Positions 46,489-57,733 are shown, counted from the stretch's first letter. The stretch: 64,000 nt of DNA from Bacteroidales bacterium (GCA_017642535.1 JAGCOW010000060.1:475-64474); one strand, 5' to 3'. Program-made: numbers and translations. Notes: a model not told the origin generated them from the letters alone.

Positions 46489-48699
46489 TTAATTTGCTTT
46501 TTCACTCAAGAATTTTATTCTAACCAAACGAACTTCCTCCTCCGTATAAGTTCCGTCGGAGCACCATTCATCAAAGGCATCCTGGATATTTTCAGATTCT
46601 TCGTGACAGAAATAGTCATACAATTCCTCTATCGCCTCTTCTTCCATCACGTCGTTTATATAATAGTCAAGAATACATTTCTTCGTAATGGTTGACACAA
46701 ACGAGAAACCCGAATTCACTATCTTTTCTATCTCAATCAGCAATTCCGAAAGGGAATAGCCCAACGATTCGGCACAGATGTCCAACGGCAAATGTTTCTG
46801 AATGTTGGCGATAATCTGTTTTTTGATTTCAGATTTAGTGCCGACCGATTTTACGATAATGTCATCTTGAAAACGTTCAATCTCGTGTTCTTCAACATAT
46901 TGTGCAATCAAATCGACGAACGGTTTGCCATATTTCTGTGCTTTTCCTTCTCCTACGCCCGAAATGTTCTGCAATTCTTGCAAAGTGATAGGATACTGTG
47001 TTGCCATTTCGTTGATTGAAACTTCTTGGAAAATGACATACGGCGGCACATCGTGTTTCTTCGCCTCATCTTTTCGCAACTGCATCAACATGGAAGCCAA
47101 GGTAGAATCCAATGCCGCACCTGACTGTGGTGCATCGGAATCAGTTTCCGTTTGCTCGTAATCGTGGTCTTCGGTAATGGTGAACGAATATGGTTTGCTT
47201 AAAAATTCGTTTCCTGCCTCGGTAATTTTCAACAAGCCATAATTTTCAATTTCCTTGTCAAGCAATCTCGTCATCAACATTTGACGGATGATTGCATTCC
47301 AATATTTCGCATCGTGATCGTCGCCCCAACCGAATTCCTCCAGTTCATCGTGTTTGTATGTCTTGATTTCGGTAGATTTCGTACCCATCAAGATTTCCAC
47401 TATATGACCTTGTTTGAAACGTTCACGAACGGCCTTTATCGTCTTCAAAACCTTAACGGCATCGTTCATTACCTCGATTTGTGGCTTTGGATGCAGACAG
47501 TTGTCGCAGTTGCCACAATCTTCGTTCATTTCCTCGCCAAAATATTTCAGAAGCACACGAACGCGACACAAGCTTGATTCCGCATACGACGACGTTTCAA
47601 GCAACAATTGCTTTCCAATCTCTTGTTCCGAAACTGGCTTGCCTTCCATAAATTTTTCAAGACGAAGAATATCCTTATAGCTGTAGAACGCTATACAACG
47701 ACCCTCACCGCCGTCACGACCGGCACGACCAGTTTCCTGATAATACCCTTCAAGCGATTTTGGCATATTATAATGAATGACAAAACGAACGTCGGGTTTG
47801 TCAATTCCCATACCAAACGCAATGGTTGCAACAATAATATCGACATCTTCCTTCAAGAACTTGTCCTGATTTTCGGAGCGAGTGGATGCGTCAAGACCTG
47901 CATGATACGGCAAAGCCTTTATACCGTTCACTATCAGCGTATTGGCAAGTTCCTCGACTTTCTTGCGACTCAGGCAATAAATAATGCCCGACTTGCCAGG
48001 ATTGTCACGGATGATTTTTATTATCTGCTTTGTCGCATCAACCTGCGGACGAATCTCATAATACAAATTTTTTCTACGGAACGACGATTTGAACACTTGA
48101 GCGTCCAACATACCAAGATTCTTCTGTATATCGTGTTGCACCTTGGGAGTAGCCGTTGCCGTAAGTGCAATGATAGGCGCACGACCGATATTTTCTACCG
48201 TAGGTTTGATTTTTCTATATTCCGGACGGAAATCGTGTCCCCATTCCGAAATACAGTGTGCCTCGTCAATTGCATAGAAAGAGATTTTTATGCTTCGCAA
48301 GAAGTCTATATTATCTTCTTTTGTCAGCGATTCGGGGGCAACATATAATAATTTGGTAATACCCGAACGAACGTCTTGTTTCACCTGAGTAATTTCCGAA
48401 CGAGTCAACGACGAGTTCAAAAAATGAGCTATCCTGTCGTCGGTGCTAAAGCCACGCATTGCATCAACCTGATTCTTCATCAAAGCAATCAACGGGGAAA
48501 TCACTATGGCAGTTCCTTCCAACATAATGGCAGGCAATTGGTAACACAACGATTTTCCACCGCCAGTCGGCATCAATACAAACGTATCTTTACCAGCCAT
48601 AAGACTTTGGATTACCTCCTTTTGTTGCCCTTTGAAGGAATCAAAACCAAATTTTTCTTTCAAACACGCTAACAGTTCTTTTTCATCAACAGTAGCCAT
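46489..48699 (-). CDS. recQ: ATP-dependent DNA helicase RecQ
   Basis: MPTGGGKSLCYQLPA, DEAHCISEWGHDFRPEY, a zinc-binding/RQC region (CGNCDNC), HRDC, and a Bacteroidota-type C-terminal extension. I prefer the MATVDE start at 48699 over the 48768 start. Confidence 0.92.
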   Translation of the reverse strand: MATVDEKELLACLKEKFGFDSFKGQQKEVIQSLMAGKDTFVLMPTGGGKSLCYQLPAIMLEGTAIVISPLIALMKNQVDAMRGFSTDDRIAHFLNSSLTRSEITQVKQDVRSGITKLLYVAPESLTKEDNIDFLRSIKISFYAIDEAHCISEWGHDFRPEYRKIKPTVENIGRAPIIALTATATPKVQHDIQKNLGMLDAQVFKSSFRRKNLYYEIRPQVDATKQIIKIIRDNPGKSGIIYCLSRKKVEELANTLIVNGIKALPYHAGLDASTRSENQDKFLKEDVDIIVATIAFGMGIDKPDVRFVIHYNMPKSLEGYYQETGRAGRDGGEGRCIAFYSYKDILRLEKFMEGKPVSEQEIGKQLLLETSSYAESSLCRVRVLLKYFGEEMNEDCGNCDNCLHPKPQIEVMNDAVKVLKTIKAVRERFKQGHIVEILMGTKSTEIKTYKHDELEEFGWGDDHDAKYWNAIIRQMLMTRLLDKEIENYGLLKITEAGNEFLSKPYSFTITEDHDYEQTETDSDAPQSGAALDSTLASMLMQLRKDEAKKHDVPPYVIFQEVSINEMATQYPITLQELQNISGVGEGKAQKYGKPFVDLIAQYVEEHEIERFQDDIIVKSVGTKSEIKKQIIANIQKHLPLDICAESLGYSLSELLIEIEKIVNSGFSFVSTITKKCILDYYINDVMEEEAIEELYDYFCHEESENIQDAFDEWCSDGTYTEEEVRLVRIKFLSEKAN

Positions 48700-48890
48700 A
48701 AATCTTTTATCTTGAAACGTCTTTATCGTATTACACAAGGAGCCATTTTTCTCTCTCTTGTAATGCAAGTTTAATATTTTTTTTTCATCTTACAAAGAAT
48801 TTATTACGTTTAGTTGCATAAAAAAAAACAAAATGCGTCATTTCTATAATGAAATAATTAGTACTTTTAGCAAAATTAAGTATTGAGTAT

Positions 48891-50033
48891 ATGTTACAAG
48901 AAGTTCGAACTGAATTTTTAAAATTATTTTCGTCCTCTCCACGTCTTTTTTGTTCTCCTGGAAGAATAAACATTATTGGCGAACATACCGATTACAACGA
49001 AGGATTTGTGCTTCCTGCCGCAATCGAAAAAAACATATATTTTGCCATTGCACCCAACACGTGTGGAAAATTTCGTTTCTATGCATACAATCTACAAGAG
49101 TTCAAAGAATTCGATTCAATAAAACATCAAAAAAAACAACTTTGGGAAAACTATCTTTTAGGCGTTGTTTCGCAGATGCAAAAGACTGGGAAAATGATTC
49201 CTTCGGTTGACGTAGTGTTCGGAGGGACAATCCCTTGGGGTTCCGGTCTTTCTTCATCGGCAGCTCTCGAATGTGGTTTCGCATACGCGTTAAACGAGAT
49301 TTTTTCTCTTGGTTTTTCAAAACTTGAGTTGGTTAAATTATCACAATTAGTTGAACACGAGTCAATTGGAGTGAACTGCGGCATAATGGACCAATTTGCA
49401 GTGATGTTTGGCAAGAAAAATCACGTAATTCAATTGGACTGCAAATCGTTGGATTACAATCTCTTTCCTTGGAATGTGGAGGGATACACATTGCTCTTAT
49501 GCAATAGTGGAGTAAAACATTCTCTTGCTTCGTCAGAATACAATGTCCGTCGCCGCGAATGTGAAGACGGTGTCACAATCGTTTCTAGACACGCCGAATC
49601 CATTCATTCACTACGCGACATCAGTTCGGAACAACTTGAAAGATATGCTTCTGAAATGCAAGGTAAAACATATCAACGTTGCCGTTACATTCTTGATGAA
49701 AACGAGCGTGTACAACAAATGGGTAAAGCATTGCTGAACGGCGACGCAAAACAAGTTGGGACATTATTGTTTGCCGCACATACAGGAATGAGTTGCGAAT
49801 ACGAGGCCAGTTGCGTGGAAATTGATGAAATGGTCGATATAGCGCGTTCGTGCGACGGGGTTGTGGGTTCCAGAATAACGGGCGGTGGCTTTGGCGGCTG
49901 CACAATTACACTTGTGGAACGCGATGCCGTTGATTCTTTCACAAAACAAATGACTTCCCAATATTACGTAAAACACAATATATCGCCGTCATTTATGGAA
50001 GTAGTGATTGGCGATGGAACACGAGAATTGTAA
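48891..50033 (+). CDS. galK: galactokinase
   Basis: GRINIIGEHTDYNEGFVLPAAI signature and the GHMP motifs GSGLSSSAA and GGGFGGCTI. Confidence 0.92.
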   Translation: MLQEVRTEFLKLFSSSPRLFCSPGRINIIGEHTDYNEGFVLPAAIEKNIYFAIAPNTCGKFRFYAYNLQEFKEFDSIKHQKKQLWENYLLGVVSQMQKTGKMIPSVDVVFGGTIPWGSGLSSSAALECGFAYALNEIFSLGFSKLELVKLSQLVEHESIGVNCGIMDQFAVMFGKKNHVIQLDCKSLDYNLFPWNVEGYTLLLCNSGVKHSLASSEYNVRRRECEDGVTIVSRHAESIHSLRDISSEQLERYASEMQGKTYQRCRYILDENERVQQMGKALLNGDAKQVGTLLFAAHTGMSCEYEASCVEIDEMVDIARSCDGVVGSRITGGGFGGCTITLVERDAVDSFTKQMTSQYYVKHNISPSFMEVVIGDGTREL

Positions 50034-50038
50034 AGATT

Positions 50039-51088
50039 ATGGAACAATTTGACATAGCAAACGATACGCATCGTCGTTACAATCCACTTATTGGAGAATG
50101 GATGCTCGTTTCTCCCCATCGAGGCAAACGACCTTGGCTGGGGCAACAGGAAACACCGGCACGACAACAACTTCCGGAATATGACACAAATTGTTACTTA
50201 TGTCCGGGAAACGAACGTGCCGGAGGGGTGAAAAACCCTCAGTATCGCGGTCCTTTCGTATTTACCAACGATTTCAGTGCCATTACGCCCAATATTTCCG
50301 ATGGAAACGTTGATGACGGATTGTTTCAGGCAAAAAGCGAAAAAGGAATTTGTCGCGTCATCTGTTTTTCGCCTTACCACAACAAAACCATTCCGCAACT
50401 ATCGACCGACGAAGTGTTTCAAGTAGTAAAACTTTGGCAGAAAGAATACGTGGATTTAGGAGCAAAGGAATTTATTAATCACATTCAGATTTTTGAAAAC
50501 AAAGGAGCAGCAATGGGTTGCAGCAATCCTCACCCGCATTGCCAGATTTGGGCACAGCAATCTGTTCCTGAAATAGTTACCAAAGAAGACTATAATCAAA
50601 AAACATACTACGAGACAAAGGGGACGCAGTTGTTGCAGGACTACGTAGATCGGGAGTTGGAGAAAAAAGAACGTATCGTTTTTGAATCGAAATACTTTGT
50701 CGCTCTTGTGCCATTTTGGGCTACATGGCCGTTTGAAATTATGATTTTGCCAAAACATTCGAAACCGTCAATTGCAAGTCTAAACGATGACGAATTGTAT
50801 GATTTTTCTGAAATGTATCGCATTGTCACCTGTAAATACGACAATTTATTTCAAACCTCATTCCCGTATTCCGCAGGCGTTCATCAGGCACCTACCGATG
50901 GTAAAAATCACGATTACTGGACGTTTCACATGCATTTTTACCCACCGTTGTTTCGTTCAGCAACTGTGAAAAAATTCATGGTCGGTTACGAAATGCTTGC
51001 CGAACCGCAGCGTGACATTACTGCCGAGCAAAGTGCCGAACGATTACGGCAGTTGGGGGTAGTCCATTATACAATAGATAAGAAATAG
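50039..51088 (+). CDS. galT: galactose-1-phosphate uridylyltransferase
   Basis: CYLCPGNERAGG zinc site and the HPHCQIWA active-site HxH motif. Confidence 0.92.
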   Translation: MEQFDIANDTHRRYNPLIGEWMLVSPHRGKRPWLGQQETPARQQLPEYDTNCYLCPGNERAGGVKNPQYRGPFVFTNDFSAITPNISDGNVDDGLFQAKSEKGICRVICFSPYHNKTIPQLSTDEVFQVVKLWQKEYVDLGAKEFINHIQIFENKGAAMGCSNPHPHCQIWAQQSVPEIVTKEDYNQKTYYETKGTQLLQDYVDRELEKKERIVFESKYFVALVPFWATWPFEIMILPKHSKPSIASLNDDELYDFSEMYRIVTCKYDNLFQTSFPYSAGVHQAPTDGKNHDYWTFHMHFYPPLFRSATVKKFMVGYEMLAEPQRDITAEQSAERLRQLGVVHYTIDKK

Positions 51089-51109
51089 AATCAAAATAAA
51101 AGAAACAAT

Positions 51110-52732
51110 ATGGAAACTTTTGGAACACTTGATTTTGTAATTGTCGCTCTCTATGCAGTGATGATAATTGGTCTGGGCATTTTCTTCTCACGTTCAAAAG
51201 GGAAAGAGAAAAATGCTGAAGATTATTTCTTGGCAGGGAAATCCTTGCCTTGGTGGGCAATAGGCGCCTCGTTAATAGCGGCAAACATCTCTGCTGAACA
51301 ATACATAGGTATGTCGGGTTCAGGTTTTGCAGGCGGTTTGGCGATAGCTTCCTACGAATTTATGGCAGCACTGACCTTGGTGATTGTCGGGAAATTTTTT
51401 CTTCCCATTTTCATAAAACAAGGAATATACACTATTCCTGAATTTGTAGAGAAACGATTTTCTGCAAATCTGAAAACTATCTTAGCCGTCTTTTGGCTGG
51501 CACTATTTATTTTTGTCAATCTTACATCAATTTTGTTTCTTGGAGGAAAGGCCATCGATACCATTGTCGGTTCCGGTGACGGAAGTCTCATAATGCCCGC
51601 AATCATAATTCTGGCCTTGGTGGCAGTCGCCTACTCGTTATATGGCGGACTTTCGGCAGTGGCGTGGACCGATGTCATTCAGGTGATATTACTGGTTCTT
51701 GGCGGCATTATCACCACCATCTTTGCACTGAAAGCAGTAACGCCCGAATCATCTGTTGTGAGCGGCATAGAACACATTGCCGATGTTGCAAGCGACAAAT
51801 TCGATTTGATTCTTTCACGTGACAATCCAGAATATTCAAACCTTCCGGGCATTTACGTGCTTATTGGCGGCTTATGGGTTGCAAACTTGTATTATTGGGG
51901 ATTCAATCAGTACATTATACAACGTACATTGGCTGCGAAATCAATTTCAGAGGCACAACACGGAATTATTTTCGCTGCATTTCTCAAAATGTTGATACCG
52001 TTCATCATTGTAATTCCAGGCATTATTGCGTGGGTTATGTATAGCGAAGGATTTGCCGGTTCCGCCGACGCATTTGAATTGGCTGACGGTTCGCTGAACA
52101 ACGACAAGGCATTTCCTTGGCTTATAAGCACCCTGCTCCCTTCCGGTCTGAAAGGTCTCGTACTTGCGGCACTTGCCGCGGCAATAGTTTCCTCGCTTGC
52201 GTCAATGTTGAATTCCATTTCAACCATTTTCACAATGGACATTTACAAACCATACGTCAATCCGAATGCCGAATCAAAACGATATGTGAACGTCGGGCGA
52301 ATCACGGCACTTGTGTCGCTTGTGATTGCGATAATTTTGTCGCCTCTTTTGAGTAGTATGAACCAAATGTTCCAATACATTCAGGAATATACGGGATTGG
52401 TTAGTCCTGGCATTTTAGCGGTATTCATTCTTGGCTTATTCTGGAAAAAAGCCACAAATAAAGGAGCTATTTGGGGAATTATACTTTCAATACCTATCGC
52501 ATTGGCATTTAAGATTTTACCATTCGAAATGCCTTTTATGGACCAAATGTTCTACACGTTCATCATCACAATGGTAATCATTATGATGATAAGTCTTACT
52601 TCGTGCAAAACCGAAGACGACGAACATTGCATTCCTTTGACGGCCGACTTGTTCAAAACGGATAAGGTGTTCAACATTTGTGCGTATGCTATTTGTATTC
52701 TTTTAGTTGTTATCTATTCTATTTTCTTTTAA
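51110..52732 (+). CDS. sodium:solute symporter family transporter (SGLT-like, probable galactose/glucose uptake)
   Basis: 540 aa with ~14 TM segments and SSF-type N-terminal motifs (FLAGKSLPWWAIGASLIAANISAEQYIGMSG). It lies inside the Leloir operon. Confidence 0.8.
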   Translation: METFGTLDFVIVALYAVMIIGLGIFFSRSKGKEKNAEDYFLAGKSLPWWAIGASLIAANISAEQYIGMSGSGFAGGLAIASYEFMAALTLVIVGKFFLPIFIKQGIYTIPEFVEKRFSANLKTILAVFWLALFIFVNLTSILFLGGKAIDTIVGSGDGSLIMPAIIILALVAVAYSLYGGLSAVAWTDVIQVILLVLGGIITTIFALKAVTPESSVVSGIEHIADVASDKFDLILSRDNPEYSNLPGIYVLIGGLWVANLYYWGFNQYIIQRTLAAKSISEAQHGIIFAAFLKMLIPFIIVIPGIIAWVMYSEGFAGSADAFELADGSLNNDKAFPWLISTLLPSGLKGLVLAALAAAIVSSLASMLNSISTIFTMDIYKPYVNPNAESKRYVNVGRITALVSLVIAIILSPLLSSMNQMFQYIQEYTGLVSPGILAVFILGLFWKKATNKGAIWGIILSIPIALAFKILPFEMPFMDQMFYTFIITMVIIMMISLTSCKTEDDEHCIPLTADLFKTDKVFNICAYAICILLVVIYSIFF

Positions 52733-52734
52733 AA

Positions 52735-53754
52735 ATGGCTACAAAATCGTTCGGATATTTACCTGATGGCAAGGAAGTATCAATTTTTACCATAACGAAT
52801 AAAAATGGATTGTCTGTATCGGCTATAAATTACGGAGGAATTATCACTTCCATAATGACTCCTGATAAATATGGGACACTCGGAAATATCCTATTCTCAT
52901 ACGACTCCTTGGAACAATATCTTACCGACACAAGCTACGTTGGGGCTATCATAGGACGATGTACAAACAGAATAGCAGGAGCAAGTTTCATTCTTGATGG
53001 AAAACAAATCAACCTGACCAAAAACGAAGGCAATAACTCATTACACGGAGGACGAAAAGGATTTAACACAAAATGGTGGCATATTCAGGAAAAACACGTT
53101 CGCGAAGGCAACGCTCTTCGTCTTACGGCGACAAGTTTCGACGGAGAAGAAGGATATCCGGGAAAACTGAACATAGAATTTATATATATAATAACCGATT
53201 CCGACGAATTAATTATTCGCTCTAACGCCACTTGCAACAAAAAGACCATAATGAATCTCACCAACCACCTGTATTTCAATCTTTCGGCAGGATGCGATGC
53301 CACAGTCGAAAATCACCTATTACAAGTAAAAACAAATTATTTTCTTCATCTCAATGAGCAAAAAATCCCCGATGGCGACTTTGTATCAGTGGAAGGGACT
53401 CCCCTCGATTTTCGGAAACAAAAAACAATACGGGAGGGATTAGACCTATCGTACGAACAAATTGCCGTAACAGAAGGCATTGACCATTGTTTTTTGGTAC
53501 CAACGGCAAAAGATTATGTGGTTCACTACGAAGATGCGACCAGTGGCAGAATTCTTGAAATCACGACTCAAGAGCCAGGTATTCAAATTTATTCGGGAAA
53601 TTTTCTCTCAAGACAAAAATATGGAGGCATAGCATTTGAGCCACAGCATTTTCCAGATGCTGTTCATCACAAAAACTTCCCTACAATTGAGCTGCGACCA
53701 GGGCAATTATTTTCTTCGGAAACAGTATATTCGTTCAAAGTACGAACGAACTAA
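52735..53754 (+). CDS. galM: aldose 1-epimerase (galactose mutarotase)
   Basis: NSLHGG, GYPG and FEPQHFPDA motifs. The ATG at 52735 (MATKSFGYL) is 2 nt after the symporter stop. Confidence 0.88.
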   Translation: MATKSFGYLPDGKEVSIFTITNKNGLSVSAINYGGIITSIMTPDKYGTLGNILFSYDSLEQYLTDTSYVGAIIGRCTNRIAGASFILDGKQINLTKNEGNNSLHGGRKGFNTKWWHIQEKHVREGNALRLTATSFDGEEGYPGKLNIEFIYIITDSDELIIRSNATCNKKTIMNLTNHLYFNLSAGCDATVENHLLQVKTNYFLHLNEQKIPDGDFVSVEGTPLDFRKQKTIREGLDLSYEQIAVTEGIDHCFLVPTAKDYVVHYEDATSGRILEITTQEPGIQIYSGNFLSRQKYGGIAFEPQHFPDAVHHKNFPTIELRPGQLFSSETVYSFKVRTN

Positions 53755-53921
53755 GGAGAAAAAAATACCCTTTGACTACATAAAATTGCAAAATATGTCA
53801 TACATTTGCCCCGTCAAGTGGAAAGATTTGAGTTGATTGCAACCACACAAAAAAATGCTAAAACAGCAAGTGCTGCATTTTACCATTCTTTCTCATTGTT
53901 TTATTATTAAATGTTTAAACT

Positions 53922-55178
53922 ATGGGATATTTATTCACATCAGAATCAGTTTCAGAAGGTCATCCTGACAAAGTGGCTGACCAAATTTCAGACGCAATTC
54001 TTGACGCATACCTAAGTCAAGATCCTAATTCGAAAGTAGCGTGCGAAACCTTGGTAACAACAGGTTTGACGGTATTAGCCGGCGAAATAAAGAGCAAAGG
54101 CGTGGTTAACGTACAAGAAGTTGCTCGCAAAGTCATCAATCAAATTGGGTACAACAAATCGGAATACCAGTTCGACGGTAATTCCTGCGGTATCCTTTCG
54201 GCTCTTCACGAACAATCGACCGACATAAATCAGGGTGTGGAACGTGCCAATCCTGAAGACCAAGGTGCCGGCGACCAAGGAATGATGTTCGGTTACGCAA
54301 TCGACGAAACCGAGAATTATATGCCGTTGACGTTGGACATTGCTCATCGCTTGTTGGAAAAACTCGCCGAAGTTCGCAAGGCAGGTCGTGCGATGAAATA
54401 TCTTCGTCCCGACTCAAAATCACAAGTTACGATTGAATATGATTCAAAGACGAACCAGGCACAACGAATCGACACCATCGTGATTTCTACACAGCACGAC
54501 GATTTTGGCATTTCCGACGAAGAGACGCAGGCAAAAATCGCCGAAGATTTACGCAAATATGTCATCAAACCAGTTCGTTTGAGCTATCCTAAACGTTTGC
54601 ACAAACTGTTTGACCAAGATTTCAAACTAATGGTAAATCCAACGGGAAAATTCGTCATTGGCGGTCCTCACGGTGACACAGGTTTGACAGGACGTAAAAT
54701 CATTGTCGATACCTACGGAGGTCGTGGAGCACACGGTGGTGGTGCATTTTCGGGGAAAGATTCGTCGAAAGTTGACCGCAGTGCCGCATACGCAGCCCGT
54801 CACATTGCCAAAAACTTGGTTGCCGCTGGTGTGGCACGCGAATGTTTGGTACAAGTTTCCTACGCTATTGGCGTGGCAAAACCAGTGAACATTTATGTGA
54901 ACACATACGGCACGTGTCGCGTGAAAAAAGCCGACGGCAAAAAATATACCGATGAGGAAATTGCAAACGTAGTGGCAAAACTCTTCGATTTACGACCAAT
55001 TGCAATCGTAAAACGATTTGGTTTGACGAATCCAATCTTCCAACCGACCGCATCGTATGGCCATTTTGGTAGAAAACCAGAAATGAAAGAAGTAACTATC
55101 AATGGCAAGACGAAAAAGGTTCAATTTTTTGGTTGGGAATTGCTTGATTACGTTGAAAAAATCAAGAAAGAGTTTTAA
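53922..55178 (+). CDS. metK: S-adenosylmethionine synthetase
   Basis: [37 protein letters not shown] and GGGAFSGKD motifs. Confidence 0.95.
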   Translation: MGYLFTSESVSEGHPDKVADQISDAILDAYLSQDPNSKVACETLVTTGLTVLAGEIKSKGVVNVQEVARKVINQIGYNKSEYQFDGNSCGILSALHEQSTDINQGVERANPEDQGAGDQGMMFGYAIDETENYMPLTLDIAHRLLEKLAEVRKAGRAMKYLRPDSKSQVTIEYDSKTNQAQRIDTIVISTQHDDFGISDEETQAKIAEDLRKYVIKPVRLSYPKRLHKLFDQDFKLMVNPTGKFVIGGPHGDTGLTGRKIIVDTYGGRGAHGGGAFSGKDSSKVDRSAAYAARHIAKNLVAAGVARECLVQVSYAIGVAKPVNIYVNTYGTCRVKKADGKKYTDEEIANVVAKLFDLRPIAIVKRFGLTNPIFQPTASYGHFGRKPEMKEVTINGKTKKVQFFGWELLDYVEKIKKEF

Positions 55179-55292
55179 AATATCCGTTCGTCTATTTTAA
55201 TAGATAGAGATATCCGTTTGGTCTAAAAAAAGTATATTTTTGCACCCGATTTGTAACATAATCGATGCATAATGTGTCTTTATTACGACTAA

Positions 55293-57692
55293 ATGAATAG
55301 GACTATGAAACGATTTTTCACATATGGTTTTCTTCTTTGCCTGCTCATAAGTATGGGGGGGATAGGTAATATCGCATTTGCCGTGACCGTTAACAATTCA
55401 ACTGGATTAAATAGTGTTTCTCCAACAGATGACGTAACTTTGCAAGGTTCTAATGGTACTATTTTTACATTATCTTCGGATTTAACATGTAAATCCATAA
55501 ATTTAAACACGTACCAAGGGCGTATTGACCTAAACGGACACACACTAACCGTTACTGGGAATCTTACCCTTTCACAAAGCGAAACCTCAATTACGAATGG
55601 TGGTTCTATAGTTGTAGGAGGAAACTTAGAACTGAATGCTTATAAAGCAAAGATTGATATATCCGGTTCATTGACTGTTACTGGAAATGTAACTTTGCCA
55701 CAAAATGGAAATCTAATTAAGGCGTCTTCTGTATCTGCAACAGGAAATGTTACATTGAGCGGGTATGAAAGTCAAATCAAAACAGATAATTTTCATTGTC
55801 AGGGAAATCTTGATATGTCTGAAACGAACACAAAAATTGATGGTCCTGCAAATGTAGAAGGAAACATCTCTATTTCTGGTTATTCTGCCGGAATACAAGG
55901 AAGCGTTGACTGTGGAGGAAATCTGTCAATAACATCTTCGCAAGCTTATATTTCGGGTGATGTTTCCGTCGTGGGAGATTTAAATATGACAGGATACCAA
56001 TCTTCTATTTCTGGTTCTGCATCTGTCGGTGGAAATAGTAACATAAATGAAAATGCAACAATACAGGGTGGTATATCCGAATATCAAGCGCCAGCAGAAC
56101 CAATTAGTGTAACACTTAGTGGAAGCCAATGTGGTGGAACATTAAGTGCCATCACATCAGAGAGCGATGTGACATATCAGTGGTACAACAGGAATGGAAT
56201 AGCATTAACAGGAAGCGGTGTAAACGAATCTACATTTCAACCATTAGATGAAGGTGACTACTATTGTATTGTAACAAAAAACGACAGAACGGGAACGACT
56301 AATGCCTTAACATATTATGGACAACCAAAAATTATAGAAACATCTGCTGCTTCTTTGGAATTCCTAAATGGAGTAAACGGCACACCTTCCACAAAAAGAC
56401 TTACTGTAACAACGGTTTGTGACGAAGACAACACTAATGTTGTACCGTCCATTTCGGGCAACGACGCGTCAAAATTTAGTGTCGAAAAGAACGAGAATGA
56501 ATACATCATCACGTTCAACGAAACTACAGCAGAAAATACGTATAACGCTGTGCTCACACTCACTTGTGGCTCTCAAAATGTTAATGTTTCTTTAATTGGA
56601 ACCACAGCAACTTATCCTGCAACATATATAATAAAGAAAAATGGCGTTGATTATCCATTAACGACAGATAACAATGGCGACATTGTTTTAGAAATGGAAG
56701 CTGACGGGAACAACAAATATGTAATTCCGAACAATGTAAGAATAAACTGTCGAAACTTCACTGTTAAAACAGCAAACAACATTACAGACCATTGTACTTC
56801 TTCTTTTATAAATCAAGGTTCAATTCAAGCCAGTGGAGACATACATCTTACAGCCAGTGGACGGGGTTCCGTTCTATTCGATTGTAATGGTGTTTACGTG
56901 GCAAACAACCTTGGATTCTCAGGATATATTGCGTATGATAACACAAGTGCCTTTAAAGGTTCTTTTAAAATAACAAATAAGTTTTATACCGAAAGTAACG
57001 GGCAAGGTCAAGATTTATACATCAATGAATGTGCTTACATCACAGCATACGAAGGTAATTTCTCCCATAGTGGAGGAAGCATGATTATGTATATTGACGG
57101 AGAATTGGTTGTAGAAAGATTTATACAAAACAACACTGTTCACGTTAGAGATGGGGGAATGTTCATTGTAGGAGAAGTAGAAATTTCAGCAAGTTTATCT
57201 ATCTTAGGATATAAGGGGTCTGTTATAAGTCTATGTTACAACCCAACCCTTAACGGAACTGATGATTTAGGATTTTGTGCAGGAACCGTTTTTTATAATG
57301 ATAATCCGAATGATCACGGTTGGGCACCAAGTAATAATCCACTGGGAGAAGGAGACATTAACGAATCCCTTGTGGCATCAAATAGTCATAGCACTGCATA
57401 TTGGAATGCCGTAAACAATAGTTTAATAGGAACAAACGGTACTCTTACTCCTACTTTGACACCAGCATTTCATTCATATAACGAATGTTTAGATCCTGCA
57501 GAGACAGCCGCTCTTCTTGGTATTAAAGACGATCCATTCCTCCCCAAAAACAAGGAAATTAAAAAATTATATATCGACAATCCTTGTTCCGAGGAATACG
57601 AATCACATAAAATTCAACTTCGTGAACTTGGTGGCAAATGGTTCCGTGTAATCAACGGGGAACTCATTTACTGCGAAAACGATAACAAATAA
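55293..57692 (+). CDS. secreted hypothetical protein with ~9 tandem ~20-aa beta-helix-like repeats, an Ig-like module and an unknown C-terminal half
   Basis: Signal peptide (MKRFFTYGFLLCLLISMGGIGNIAFA). The periodic (V/T)xG(N/D)(L/V/I)x(L/I/M)(S/T)... units span ~55545-56080. The Ig-like motif is YQWYNRNG...DEGDYYCIV. Confidence 0.7.
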   Translation: MNRTMKRFFTYGFLLCLLISMGGIGNIAFAVTVNNSTGLNSVSPTDDVTLQGSNGTIFTLSSDLTCKSINLNTYQGRIDLNGHTLTVTGNLTLSQSETSITNGGSIVVGGNLELNAYKAKIDISGSLTVTGNVTLPQNGNLIKASSVSATGNVTLSGYESQIKTDNFHCQGNLDMSETNTKIDGPANVEGNISISGYSAGIQGSVDCGGNLSITSSQAYISGDVSVVGDLNMTGYQSSISGSASVGGNSNINENATIQGGISEYQAPAEPISVTLSGSQCGGTLSAITSESDVTYQWYNRNGIALTGSGVNESTFQPLDEGDYYCIVTKNDRTGTTNALTYYGQPKIIETSAASLEFLNGVNGTPSTKRLTVTTVCDEDNTNVVPSISGNDASKFSVEKNENEYIITFNETTAENTYNAVLTLTCGSQNVNVSLIGTTATYPATYIIKKNGVDYPLTTDNNGDIVLEMEADGNNKYVIPNNVRINCRNFTVKTANNITDHCTSSFINQGSIQASGDIHLTASGRGSVLFDCNGVYVANNLGFSGYIAYDNTSAFKGSFKITNKFYTESNGQGQDLYINECAYITAYEGNFSHSGGSMIMYIDGELVVERFIQNNTVHVRDGGMFIVGEVEISASLSILGYKGSVISLCYNPTLNGTDDLGFCAGTVFYNDNPNDHGWAPSNNPLGEGDINESLVASNSHSTAYWNAVNNSLIGTNGTLTPTLTPAFHSYNECLDPAETAALLGIKDDPFLPKNKEIKKLYIDNPCSEEYESHKIQLRELGGKWFRVINGELIYCENDNK

Positions 57693-57733
57693 ATGTTTTA
57701 AGAAACGGCTTCGTAATTCAAAAAAGTATCTTT

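Noticed and set aside
47608-48348. Long ORFs lie antisense or out of frame to strong genes: 246 aa in recQ; 17394-17981 in queA; 61178-61693 in mutL; 1232-1723 in purL; 36159-36656 in the GPH gene; 7152-7583 across the helicase 3' end.
   Set aside because: Each overlaps a gene with clear conserved motifs. The translations are Cys/Arg/His-rich nonsense typical of off-frame reading, and none has an independent promoter or start context.
53755-53921. I searched the metK leader for a SAM riboswitch. The A-run, the AAAATGC...GCATTTT complementarity around 53860-53885 and a GATTGCAACC segment looked vaguely SAM-II/V-like.
   Set aside because: There is no SAM-I hallmark. I cannot reproduce the SAM-II/SAM-V consensus from memory well enough to align it, and the pairing found is short and AT-rich. 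A cmscan against the Rfam SAM-II, SAM-V and SAM-I models would decide it.
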